Positions 18,472 through 27,674 of a stretch of DNA of 29,662 nt are shown here, piece by piece. Position 1 is the first letter of the stretch; every line of letters begins with the position of its first letter. Location of the stretch: the IMG/VR virus record IMGVR_UViG_3300017482_000059; one strand, 5' to 3'. The stretch comes from a virus. Under the pieces are notes generated by a model, which saw only the letters and a list, made by a program, of their open reading frames with translations, made no database searches and was not told the DNA's origin. The translations under genes were made by a program, and so were the position numbers.

Positions 18472-19428
18472 ATGAGGATGCTGATCTTAGGTCTGGACTC
18501 ACTTTCATATTCTGTAGCGTACCAATTAGGGAAGGAATTCGAAATCGTGGTCGTAACTAACGATATCCCCCCTTCTCACCCGGTAAAACGGTACTATTAT
18601 AACGACCTCACATATATGAAAACGGTGTTCGCGAAGGTAGACCCGCTTAATGAACCGGATAGGTTGAGGTATTTAATGAAAATCAGTGATGTAGTTGTGA
18701 ACTTTATCAGCGTATTCGGTAAGGATGAAAACGAAATGATGAAAGCGAACTACGAAGCCCCGAAATCGTTAGTGAATGTCCTGAAAGACGTGAACCCTGA
18801 CGCATTGTTTATCCATATTAGTACGTTTTCGTTAGGTCAAAAATCCAAACACGTTGAAGAGGAGTACCCGCACGGTACTAACATGGAACCGGGAAACGCG
18901 TTCGAAAAAAGTAAATTGATGGGGGAGAAGGAAGTGATGAAAGCCGATATAAGGAAAGTAATATTGAGGCCGACTGTGGTTTACGGTATAACGAACGCCT
19001 ATAAACATTTCGTAGAAACGTATAAGTTTGCGAAAAGGGGTATAATACCCGGTATAAACGTTAAAATCCCGACGGTCGACGTCCGATATCTGGCTTCGGT
19101 TATCAAAATATTAGCTAACGAGAGGCCGAAGTCCGATTATTTCTATGTTACCGAGTGTGAAAAGGTAAGCATGTCCGATATTTTAGACCTCTATTGTGAA
19201 GCTTTAAATAAAAGGTGTGTTAAAATACCGGTACTTAAACCGGCATTGGATGTCATGAAACGGCTGTACCCGGAAGCCGGAGTGACCTTGAAATACAGCG
19301 ACTACGAGTTCTCGTGTAAGAGGACGAAAGAAATTTTAGGTGATATAACATTTATAAAGGAAGACATAATAGAAAACGCCAAATTTTTAAGGTATTTGGA
19401 GACCCAGGACGAATTAGTCCCGGAATAA
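18472..19428 (+). CDS. Extended SDR / NAD-dependent epimerase-dehydratase family protein, atypical
   Basis: N-terminal LILG, VVVNFI, FIHIST, FEKSKLMGE (YxxxK-like with F), ILRPTVVYG. Confidence 0.8.
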   Translation: MRMLILGLDSLSYSVAYQLGKEFEIVVVTNDIPPSHPVKRYYYNDLTYMKTVFAKVDPLNEPDRLRYLMKISDVVVNFISVFGKDENEMMKANYEAPKSLVNVLKDVNPDALFIHISTFSLGQKSKHVEEEYPHGTNMEPGNAFEKSKLMGEKEVMKADIRKVILRPTVVYGITNAYKHFVETYKFAKRGIIPGINVKIPTVDVRYLASVIKILANERPKSDYFYVTECEKVSMSDILDLYCEALNKRCVKIPVLKPALDVMKRLYPEAGVTLKYSDYEFSCKRTKEILGDITFIKEDIIENAKFLRYLETQDELVPE

Positions 19429-19443
19429 TACCACCTCACTTCT

Positions 19444-19734
19444 TCACCTCTCGTCCTCCTCGATTTCATCGACCCTTATTATCCTCTTTAAAGTTTTCAC
19501 GAATGTTACCTCAAGTTCTATTAATAATACGGTTAAAATAATGATAATTCCTAAAGTTATACTCATGAATGAGAGGAAACCCTCCAGCTCTGTACCGCTC
19601 ATATAATATACCTTCTCGGAATTCAGCTGTACCGGGCTATCAAAGACATCTCCGAAAAACATCACCATATATATAATATCCGCTATAACCGTTAATATTA
19701 TGCTTATTCCTAAAGCTTTTATAATTTTGTCCAT
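19444..19734 (-). CDS. Small two-TM membrane protein
   Basis: Two hydrophobic stretches; ATG start. Confidence 0.7.
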   Translation of the reverse strand: MDKIIKALGISIILTVIADIIYMVMFFGDVFDSPVQLNSEKVYYMSGTELEGFLSFMSITLGIIIILTVLLIELEVTFVKTLKRIIRVDEIEEDER

Positions 19735-19823
19735 ATATGTCCGTAAACGCGGTCTCTATTTAAGAGTTTCGCTAAATACCCGGAAAGCCGGCATGAAAGT
19801 TTAAAAACGGCTCCATAACATAA

Positions 19824-20247
19824 ATGGTAAACGTAAATATCGAATTATGACTATTACCGGCTCCTGACTCATGAGGGAGATAAAGGGAGTACCGAAACCT
19901 ATCACGTCGTTGAAATAGAGGAATTAACAGTTAATTATATAAATACAATAATAATAACACATATATTTTTGTTATTGCCGGTCTTACTGAACCCGATAAA
20001 AGGACTTATTATATTTACCGTGTCTTCAATATTCATGTTTGCACTCATTAAAAACAGTACCTTACTCTTCTTCAATCCATTGATTTTCGTGACCGGCAAC
20101 CACGTCTACAGGATAAAAGTAAGTGAACATAACAAAACGATTTACGTAATATATAAGGAGAAGATTCAAGAAGGTGATTACATCAAAATTAAACATTTTT
20201 ATGAGAGTATTTACCTTGATGAAAAGATTATAAGGAAAAAAGAATAA
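19824..20247 (+). pseudogene. Membrane protein gene, probably frameshifted near the 5' end
   Basis: The frame of the tracked ORF 19969-20247 is open back to 19837 without a start codon; ATG 19824 is in another frame and stops after 8 codons. Confidence 0.4.
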
Positions 20248-20275
20248 ACCGTGACAATGACTTAATGATGTTTGA

Positions 20276-20419
20276 TCAAGAACTTCTATATAAGAATTTC
20301 GGTACCGTAACTCCCGTTTGTCATTGATATTTCCCTTTGTACAGGTTCTCCACGGGAATTAGAGCTCTGGCGAGAACCAAGTGGAGGAACCTAACTCCTA
20401 TTTTCAATTTCAAAGGGAA
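20276..20419 (-). pseudogene. dcd: dcd 3'-end remnant
   Basis: Translates as [41 protein letters not shown] versus intact [42 protein letters not shown]; in-frame stop, no 5' part. Confidence 0.9.
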
Positions 20420-20460
20420 TTAATAAAATTACATGTTGTCTGAATTAACTTTCTACTTTA

Positions 20461-20769
20461 TCAACTCCATTTACTATAAAACAATCCTTTTATCTTTACA
20501 TGTTCTTCAAGCTTGGCCTTTACCTTATCACTTTTGAAGCCAATACATGAAATCGACATAATTTTTTTCTTACCTACATCATAATCTATTTCACATACCA
20601 AGTTGTAATTAATAGACCTCAATTTCAATTTATAAATTATTCCAGGAATAATTTCTTCCTTAAAGAATATCCTGACGCCATCTACTTCCATCACGAGTGT
20701 CCCGTCTTCCAGCTTTTTAAAAGGGAAAAAGTCTATCATTCCATTATCACTACAAGACCTTCTTTGCAT
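20461..20769 (-). CDS. Hypothetical protein (third of an overlapping three-gene operon)
   Basis: Overlaps the upstream ORF; start may be the internal MIDFF. Confidence 0.65.
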   Translation of the reverse strand: MQRRSCSDNGMIDFFPFKKLEDGTLVMEVDGVRIFFKEEIIPGIIYKLKLRSINYNLVCEIDYDVGKKKIMSISCIGFKSDKVKAKLEEHVKIKGLFYSKWS

Positions 20770-21074
20770 GAGAGCTTCTTGTTTTTATATAATGGAATAA
20801 CTTTTTCTTCAATTGCCTTCGCTATACATGGAAGGTATTTGATATATTCTTTAGGTACCTCGATGACTTCATAAAAGTAGAGCTGTCCTTCTAAGAAAAA
20901 GGGGACTCTATACTCTCCCAAACTCGTCTTGTCGTCTAAATAATCAACAAAAAGTACCCTCTCCTGATTCCTTATCAGGAGAATTACATTCTTCAGAAAC
21001 GCAAGGAACCCTTTTATTTCCGATTTGAAAAAGGTTTTCCTTTCTAGCTTGACTTTAATTTCCACACAATTCAC
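20736..21074 (-). CDS. Hypothetical protein, 112 aa
   Basis: 4-nt overlap with the upstream gene. Confidence 0.7.
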   Translation of the reverse strand: MNCVEIKVKLERKTFFKSEIKGFLAFLKNVILLIRNQERVLFVDYLDDKTSLGEYRVPFFLEGQLYFYEVIEVPKEYIKYLPCIAKAIEEKVIPLYKNKKLSCKEGLVVIME

Positions 21075-21475
21075 CCAAATAGCAACTTTTGAAGCTTAGC
21101 GTAATAATAGAGCAAGAACATCTGAGCAACATTCAATGCCATGATTGAAACCATGATCAAAACCAAGAATATCGGAGGAGAGAAGGCTATCATGTACGCT
21201 AGATATATTGTTAACGCTAGTACGGACTTCGCTATTCCGTAATACTCGGCAAGCTTGAGACTCATAGCTATCATAGTTAGTATAATAGCATTAAATATAC
21301 CTGATATTAGTGGTACACTAACTAATACCGACCTCTGTATAACATCATTTACAGGTAACCCTATATATGATAGAATCGAGTAAAGTGTTACCGATAGTAT
21401 TATATTTATTGAATAAAATGTAATTGCGGATATTAAAATTGTCTTGCCCATTTTTCTTAGGTCTACCTCATTCAT
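21071..21475 (-). CDS. Four-TM membrane protein
   Basis: Four hydrophobic segments; GGAGGTGG RBS and TTTTAAATA upstream. Confidence 0.75.
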   Translation of the reverse strand: MNEVDLRKMGKTILISAITFYSINIILSVTLYSILSYIGLPVNDVIQRSVLVSVPLISGIFNAIILTMIAMSLKLAEYYGIAKSVLALTIYLAYMIAFSPPIFLVLIMVSIMALNVAQMFLLYYYAKLQKLLFG

Positions 21476-21529
21476 TGTCGTTTTACATCCACCTCCGTAT
21501 TTCTTATAGGCTCCGAATATTTAAAAAAT

Positions 21530-22081
21530 TTAAACAAGGTTATTACCCTCGACTAAGAGACTCGAGGATTTGAACTTCGGTACCGTAACTCCTGTTTGTC
21601 CTTGATATTTCCCTTTATACGGGTTCTCCACAGGCGTTAGAGTCCTAGCGAAAATCAAGTGGAGAAACCTGGTTCCCCTCCTTAACTTAATAGGGAACTC
21701 CGAGCCTATCACCTCAATGGTCAGCTGACCCTCGAAGCCCGCGTCCACTATAGTAGGAGGAATAAAGAGACCCAACCTCGCGAAAGAAGACCGTAAATTC
21801 ACGAAAGCTATTACGTCGTTAGGCAATTTTATGTATTCTTCGGTGACCGTTAAAATATGTTCATTCGGATATATCACGAACTCCTCTCCCCTCTCCTTTT
21901 GGAAATAGTTAGGGTCTGGGTTTTCGGGGTCAAATGGTTTTTCAGTTTTCTTAAACCTGGCTATTTCGTTGCCGATCCTTAAGTCTACCCCGTTCTCCCT
22001 TATCGTGTCTTCACTTAGGGGTTTAATCACTATCAACTCCTTTTCCAAATAATATTTCAAGTCTCTGTCTCCCAGGATCAT
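21530..22081 (-). CDS. dcd: dCTP deaminase
   Basis: [48 protein letters not shown]. Confidence 0.95.
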   Translation of the reverse strand: MILGDRDLKYYLEKELIVIKPLSEDTIRENGVDLRIGNEIARFKKTEKPFDPENPDPNYFQKERGEEFVIYPNEHILTVTEEYIKLPNDVIAFVNLRSSFARLGLFIPPTIVDAGFEGQLTIEVIGSEFPIKLRRGTRFLHLIFARTLTPVENPYKGKYQGQTGVTVPKFKSSSLLVEGNNLV

Positions 22082-22160
22082 GAACCTCCCGATATCTGTG
22101 GATTGCCGGGATTTAAATTTAAACCGGAAGACCTTTCAAAACATGAAAACCGTCTTAATG

Positions 22161-23006
22161 TTAGATATTATTGAACCCGATGTTAGTTTTTCTCCCATTG
22201 ATCTCCTTTTCGATGTTTACCGATATCAGTTCGTCCAAATTAACGGTATACAACACTACTCTCACCTGTTGTGGGAGACTGACCAAATACAACATGGCGT
22301 TCTCTCCTTGCAACAACCTGTTACCGTCGCTGACTTCAATGCTGGAAATAGAACCGTTCTTTATTATCATCTTCCCATTAAGTTTATCACCTCTTATTAC
22401 GACTACCCCGTATTCGATGTCCTTCATTGTCTCGGTAATCTTCGGAAGGACTTGACTGAATAGGCCCTGTTCCTCCATGAGCTTTAACGGAGTTACTTCC
22501 GTGATTCCGGCTTCATTTTTCGTATTCAAATAGTGTTTCACATATGGTACTATATGGTCTTCTACTAAATGCTGTGCTAACATGAACGGGGACTTCCCTA
22601 ATATCTTTTCTAACATCGACATCTTATAATCGCATGACGTGTTGATCCTCATCAGGGTTTGGTTAGGCCTTATCGCTGAAGCTTCCAACCTGGCTTCCCA
22701 TATAAATTTCCTTTCATTAGTCCACCCCCTATACACGATGCTCCCGGACTCGTATATAGGCCCTTCAAGTTCTCCTAAGAAATAACTGATTCCCGTCTCC
22801 GGGGTGCCGAATATATATATTGATAGGAATTTATTGGAAAACCCGCTCAATTTCCCGAAATCAACGTATTTTCCTTCCTTCGGGTCATATACTCTAAGCA
22901 GTCCTATATGTCCGAACACACCCGCCGTCAGAAAAGGGTCAGTCATAAGCCTTAATGCGTCCTCTTTCTGTAAATTAATAATCAGTTCTTTTGAATATGA
23001 GGGCAT
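22161..23006 (-). CDS. Sulfolobales-type protein with probable START/SRPBCC-like N-domain and a second C-terminal domain
   Basis: L..MTDPF....VFGHI start and a beta-rich pattern typical of helix-grip folds; recognised by eye only. Confidence 0.55.
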   Translation of the reverse strand: MPSYSKELIINLQKEDALRLMTDPFLTAGVFGHIGLLRVYDPKEGKYVDFGKLSGFSNKFLSIYIFGTPETGISYFLGELEGPIYESGSIVYRGWTNERKFIWEARLEASAIRPNQTLMRINTSCDYKMSMLEKILGKSPFMLAQHLVEDHIVPYVKHYLNTKNEAGITEVTPLKLMEEQGLFSQVLPKITETMKDIEYGVVVIRGDKLNGKMIIKNGSISSIEVSDGNRLLQGENAMLYLVSLPQQVRVVLYTVNLDELISVNIEKEINGRKTNIGFNNI

Positions 23007-23145
23007 TACGTTCCCCTATTATAAAAGTCCCCGGCCCCGGTTTATAAACTTTATGAGAGCGGTTTTCCCCATTATACGGTTTTATATTAAATTTTCGAAG
23101 ATAGAAAAATTTTTATTCTTGGAATTATAATTTGTAACATGAGAA

Positions 23146-23409
23146 ATGGGGACTGAAGCGGGTTTCCCTGATAAGGATATAAGAGGACTACTCCAATTCA
23201 TGAGGGTCATAATTTTACACGCTGATAATAAAACTATTGAAGAGATTTCCGAAGCCACCGGCATTAGACCCGAATACGTTGAGGGCATATTAAGAATAAT
23301 TACGGGGATGGGAATAGCTGTCGAATCGGGTAACAGGTTCTATATTGAGGACGATATGAGGGACTCTTATAATTCGTCCATAATGAGGTTATTGAACGCA
23401 ACCGAATAA
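23146..23409 (+). CDS. Winged helix-turn-helix protein
   Basis: KTIEEISEATGIRPEYVEGILRIITGMGIAVESGNRFYI. Confidence 0.75.
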   Translation: MGTEAGFPDKDIRGLLQFMRVIILHADNKTIEEISEATGIRPEYVEGILRIITGMGIAVESGNRFYIEDDMRDSYNSSIMRLLNATE

Positions 23410-23450
23410 AAAAATACCTTTTCTTTTTCCTGTCCCGGAAAACTAAACCT

Positions 23451-23852
23451 TTAAGGAGTCGCCGGTATTACGTCTTTATTATCGTTTTTGTTTTCCGGGA
23501 CACCATCACTTATTTCGGGTACTTCAGCAATAATCCGCACCTTCCTTATCCCCTTTTCTAGCAATTCTTTTACTATCTTCTTTTTCGGGATTACTATTGC
23601 GTATAAGGGGACTCTTTCCCCGTTCTTCCTTTTATAGTCCGAATGCTTGTAGACCCTTGATTCGTTCACGAAATACCTTTTATCCTTTGTAACAATCTCT
23701 ACATTCTTAAGTGTTTTCACTTTTCCTAATATATCATTATACTCTATCGAGAATACCACGAAATACAAAGAATATTCCTTCTTCTCGCCGGTCTTCTTGT
23801 CCTTTACCTTTACCTTTTTCCTCCTAATCGTCATCTCGTCCTCTATTATCAT
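23451..23852 (-). CDS. Basic protein with two AbrB/SpoVT-like beta repeats (putative DNA-binding)
   Basis: GEKKEYSLYFVVF and GERVPLYAIVIPKK repeats; conserved promoter 23885-23892. Confidence 0.55.
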   Translation of the reverse strand: MIIEDEMTIRRKKVKVKDKKTGEKKEYSLYFVVFSIEYNDILGKVKTLKNVEIVTKDKRYFVNESRVYKHSDYKRKNGERVPLYAIVIPKKKIVKELLEKGIRKVRIIAEVPEISDGVPENKNDNKDVIPATP

Positions 23853-23929
23853 TTTTATCCACCATTTTTATGTACCATTTTCGGTATTTAAATTTAACTG
23901 GAAAATAAGGCATAAAACTCGGGTACCCT

Positions 23930-24259
23930 TTATCTGGCTGTGCCCGGAAACATTATTATTAAATAACCGTCCAGGTACCTCACGATTACCTCCAGATCCC
24001 TCCCCAGGTAAATCGAATCCGGTTCCACATCGTCAATATCGTCATCCTCATCGTTATCGGCTATCTCAATAAAATTATCACCGTTATACCTCGAATAATA
24101 TATGGACTTTTTCCCATTCGTTATGACTATTTCCTGTACGCCGAAAAATTCTACGTTTTTGACTTCACCTTTTACTTTTATCGTGTTAGTTTCGGGAGAG
24201 TACTCGACCTCGAACCCTTCCTCCTCCAGGACTTCCGCTAACCTTGAGGGGTTCACCAT
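23930..24259 (-). CDS. Small paralog family A protein, acidic, 109 aa
   Basis: LEEEGFEVEYSPETNTIKVKGEV; promoter 24291-24298 and TGACCGAAAATG leader. Confidence 0.8.
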   Translation of the reverse strand: MVNPSRLAEVLEEEGFEVEYSPETNTIKVKGEVKNVEFFGVQEIVITNGKKSIYYSRYNGDNFIEIADNDEDDDIDDVEPDSIYLGRDLEVIVRYLDGYLIIMFPGTAR

Positions 24260-24337
24260 TTTCGGTCAGTGCAAATTGGAAGAAAAGGGGTATAAAAAGT
24301 TTTCGGCACCATATTTACGAGTTCTAAGGGTATAAAA

Positions 24338-24431
24338 TTTAAATATCCGCCCGTTATAATATAATATTGAGAATGGGGAGACTACCGAGAATTTTTCTCA
24401 TTTTCGTAATAAAATTTCGGTTATGAGGAAA
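24338..24431 (+). ncRNA. Orphan promoter + 29-nt core, unit U1
   Basis: TATA 24338-24345; core AATGGGGAGACTACCGAGAATTTTTCTCA at 24372-24400; downstream ATGAGGAAA can pair with TTTTCTCAT. Confidence 0.5.
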
Positions 24432-24547
24432 CCTCTTATTCCTAATAATAAGGACATAAACGGGAAATTTTGACATTATATCCACGAGCTATAGGGCATA
24501 AAAATTTAAATACCCGTTTTTACTACATTATAACCGGGGACAAAAAA

Positions 24548-24898
24548 ATGGCCCAGGTACTCGTGAACCCCAAAACTTATATAAAAAGGGTAAACGTTTT
24601 CCACAACTCTTTAGGTGTTATAGTTAGTGCTGATATATTAAGTAAATCAAGACCGGGTCTGTCGCACTATACCAGAATCATGATAGACCCGAAAACCAGT
24701 GAAATAGTGAAATTGTCCTGTGATTGTGAAGGGTTTACTTTCAGAAAGAAGTGCTGGCACTTATATCTATTAAAAGGGCTTATTCAGACAGACCTAAAAG
24801 AAGAAGTCTTTAAAGAAGAAATAAATTGGTTTAAGGAAAAAATGCTGAGCTGTGAAATAAAATTAGCCCGAATTCGTGATATTGTATACAATGAATGA
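24548..24898 (+). CDS. SWIM zinc-finger protein, 116 aa
   Basis: SCDCEGFTFRKKCWHL (CxC...CxH). Start reassigned from 24470 because the extension reads through the promoter (TATA 24505-24512). Confidence 0.85.
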   Translation: MAQVLVNPKTYIKRVNVFHNSLGVIVSADILSKSRPGLSHYTRIMIDPKTSEIVKLSCDCEGFTFRKKCWHLYLLKGLIQTDLKEEVFKEEINWFKEKMLSCEIKLARIRDIVYNE

Positions 24899-24953
24899 AA
24901 ACGTAAATTGATACCCTTTTTGGCCATTATTTTATACCCGAATGGGGGATAAA

Positions 24954-25062
24954 TTTATATACCCTTTTTACTAATATCATAATAGGGAGACTATCGACCA
25001 TTTTTCTCATTCTTGAGATTAAAATCCAAAGACGAAATTTTTTGCTGTGCATATACCCTATT
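24954..25062 (+). ncRNA. Orphan promoter + 29-nt core, unit U2
   Basis: TATA 24954-24961; core AATAGGGAGACTATCGACCATTTTTCTCA at 24981-25009; the 5' AATAGGG can pair with CCCTATT at 25056-25062. Confidence 0.5.
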
Positions 25063-25207
25063 ATAATAAGGAGATAATGGTTGTAATTTCTATTAGTTTA
25101 AGTGAAATAAAATGGGTATAGTGACTGAAATTATGGCATTATCTATCGTAGAGTTGAGGCATAAAAATTTAAATACCCCTTTCACACTATTATATCTCAG
25201 GACAAAA

Positions 25208-25528
25208 ATGACCGACGTCGCCACTGAAATGATATCCCGAATCAGGTCAGCGTTAGATGAATTTGGAGTACCCTATTCAATTAAAAACGGCTCTATTTAT
25301 ATAAAAGCCGACCTAATCGTAGATTTTCAGGAGTCCAGCTCGTTCATTTCGTTTAGATATATTTCGAGAAACGGTGTGGAAATTGTATTTTCTGTAAACG
25401 TACACGGTGACACGAAATTTATTGAATTAAAGGCACCTGACGGGAAAAGGAAAATATTGCACTTAGGAAGAAACGTTTACTACAATTTACAAGACAAGTA
25501 TATTAAATGTAAATATTTCGAGTATTAG
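25208..25528 (+). CDS. Small paralog family A protein, 106 aa
   Basis: LDEFGVPYSIKNGSIYIKADL; TATA 25168-25175; start reassigned from 25112. Confidence 0.8.
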   Translation: MTDVATEMISRIRSALDEFGVPYSIKNGSIYIKADLIVDFQESSSFISFRYISRNGVEIVFSVNVHGDTKFIELKAPDGKRKILHLGRNVYYNLQDKYIKCKYFEY

Positions 25529-25567
25529 AAATTAGTACTCCTTTTGGCCTTATCGTGGGGTATAAAA

Positions 25568-25685
25568 TTTAAATACCCGTCCGACATATAACTGAATAGG
25601 GGGGCTATCGAATATTTTTCTCATTTTCATGATATTTTTACAACCATGAAAAACCCCTATACCATATATTATAATAATATGGTAT
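25568..25685 (+). ncRNA. Orphan promoter + 29-nt core, unit U3, with nested stems
   Basis: TATA 25568-25575; core at 25595-25623; TTTTCATG/CATGAAAA (25624-31 / 25645-52), ATAGGGG/CCCCTAT, then a perfect 9-bp IR at 25659-25685. Confidence 0.55.
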
Positions 25686-25810
25686 ATGGTCACAATTTAT
25701 TTCGTTGCCGGTAACTAAATTGGGGCTATTTTTATCCTCTATCTTATCGTCTTTATGGGGTATAAGATTTAAATATTTGAACCGACTACTATTATATCGG
25801 GGGTCAGGAA

Positions 25811-26203
25811 ATGGAAGTAGACATTTACGCAGTGGGGTCTCCTTATTTGTGCAAGGACAATGTCCTAATAATTGAAGAACACGGTTACGGGAACATCATA
25901 TTGGAAATCCGAGGCAGTGGAATAAATAAGCCCGGAAAGGAAATTTTAGATAGATATAGATATGAAATACCTTCTGAGGAGTGCAGGCCTTTATTAAGAA
26001 AAGACCTAAAGGAATTGAACATAAGGCTCAAGAAGATAGATTATATATTACTAGATCAGAGAGACGAATATACAATATATGAGGTCACCTATAGAGATTT
26101 AAAGGCTTACATTGTAGAAAATTGGAACGGATATAGTGCCGAATTGAAATTCGAAGTCTTTAAGGAGAAGGACGACGCGGTGTCTTGGGTCTTTTCAAAA
26201 TAA
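25811..26203 (+). CDS. Hypothetical protein, 130 aa
   Basis: Conserved promoter 25768-25775. Confidence 0.8.
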   Translation: MEVDIYAVGSPYLCKDNVLIIEEHGYGNIILEIRGSGINKPGKEILDRYRYEIPSEECRPLLRKDLKELNIRLKKIDYILLDQRDEYTIYEVTYRDLKAYIVENWNGYSAELKFEVFKEKDDAVSWVFSK

Positions 26204-26359
26204 GGTTTTTTACATATCCCTTTATCTCAATAGCGGTATACCTTATATTATTATAATAGGGTTACCGAACCCCTATAATTTTTGGCACCATTGTAAGCCT
26301 GAAAGGGGCATAAAAATTTAAATATTTGAACCGACTACTATTATATCGGGGTACAAAAA

Positions 26360-26695
26360 ATGGAAACCCCGCAAGAGGTCTCCGAATTAATGAGACATCT
26401 GAAAATGGCCGGGTTCAAAGCAAAGCAAAATAATGGAATAATATCAATAAAAGGAAAAATGGATATAGTGTACAAAAAAGATAATGATTTAGATATAGAG
26501 ATAGTATATAGAGATTTGAAGTTAGCATATATGGAAAGAGGAGATAGGACGAAGATAATGCTATTAAAAATCGATAAAATTATAAAAGATACTAAAGAAC
26601 AAAAAATAGTTGATTATTTCATATTGAAAATAATAGAATTCGATAGGAAATTCGAGGTATGGTTCAGTGAAGACAGTTTCAAGATAAGGTACTGA
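26360..26695 (+). CDS. Small paralog family A protein, 111 aa
   Basis: LKMAGFKAKQNNGIISIKGKM; promoter 26317-26324. Confidence 0.8.
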   Translation: METPQEVSELMRHLKMAGFKAKQNNGIISIKGKMDIVYKKDNDLDIEIVYRDLKLAYMERGDRTKIMLLKIDKIIKDTKEQKIVDYFILKIIEFDRKFEVWFSEDSFKIRY

Positions 26696-26777
26696 TTTTT
26701 TCCCTCTATCTTAAGGACATATGGGGCATAAAGATTTAAATACTTGAAGTGTTTACTATTATATCGGGGGCACAAAA

Positions 26778-27248
26778 ATGACCGGTAAAAGGTTGTTAGT
26801 CCTCGACCTCGACGGTACCCTCATGGACTCCCAGAGGAGGTGGGAAGAGTGTCAGAGGTTATACCCCAATAACAAAAAGGAGTTCTGGAATTGCTTCCAG
26901 AGCGAGAGGTTTATGGACTTAGACAGCCCTAAGGAAAATGTGGTCAGTTATGCCAAATCACTAATAAATGAAAATACGGTAACAGTAATCGTTAGCGGGA
27001 GGTCTGAGAAGCAATTGAACAAAACCCAAGAACAATTAAACAAAATAGGGATTATCCCAAATGAGATATACCTAAGGAAGAACGGAGATTTCAGGAAAGA
27101 TTTTCAATTCAAGGGCGAGATAATTAACCAATTAATTCAGAAATATATCCCGGCTGAAGTAATCGTAATCGACGACTCAGATGATGTAATAAACCACATA
27201 TCTCAGAATTACCCGAATATAAAAGTAATCGACTCGAAGAAGTTATAA
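26778..27248 (+). CDS. HAD phosphatase resembling the polynucleotide kinase 3'-phosphatase domain
   Basis: DLDGT motif I, VSGR motif II, R..GDFRKD..FK, IDD motif IV. Confidence 0.85.
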   Translation: MTGKRLLVLDLDGTLMDSQRRWEECQRLYPNNKKEFWNCFQSERFMDLDSPKENVVSYAKSLINENTVTVIVSGRSEKQLNKTQEQLNKIGIIPNEIYLRKNGDFRKDFQFKGEIINQLIQKYIPAEVIVIDDSDDVINHISQNYPNIKVIDSKKL

Positions 27249-27303
27249 TTTTTCGAAAACTTGAACCGTTTCTATTTAAATACTGTGACCGAAAATATTA
27301 ATA

Positions 27304-27416
27304 ATTTTTCTCAGAACAGTAATAATAATCCTATTGGATTTCTTGTTCAGAAATGAGAAAAATATTCCATACCCTCCCCATTTTCAATATATTATAACGC
27401 GAAACTGATATTTAAA
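27304..27416 (-). ncRNA. Orphan promoter + 29-nt core, unit U4, with long hairpin
   Basis: TATA 27409-27416; core at 27354-27382; ATTTTTCTCA (27304-13) / TGAGAAAAAT (27354-63) IR plus GAACA/TGTTC. Confidence 0.55.
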
Positions 27417-27536
27417 TCTTTATGCCCCATAAGTCATAATTATAAGGGATAAACTTCCCTTTAACTAAATGAGTGAATACCTTATATTATAATAATAGGA
27501 ATACAGAGGTCGAATTTTTCTCACTCATATTTGTCA

Positions 27537-27562
27537 AAATTGGAGCTGGGGAGCTCCAATTT
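27537..27562. repeat. 26-bp palindrome, copy 2 (intergenic)
   Basis: Identical to 2345-2370 and in the same orientation; lies just downstream of degenerate core U5 (27494-27523). Confidence 0.95.
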
Positions 27563-27674
27563 CTCTTACGAATTTGAAACAAATAACCCTAAATTTCGAC
27601 ATTATTGTAAGCCGGAAAGGTGCATAAAAATTTAAATACTTGAAATGACTATACTACAACCCGGGGGTCACAAA

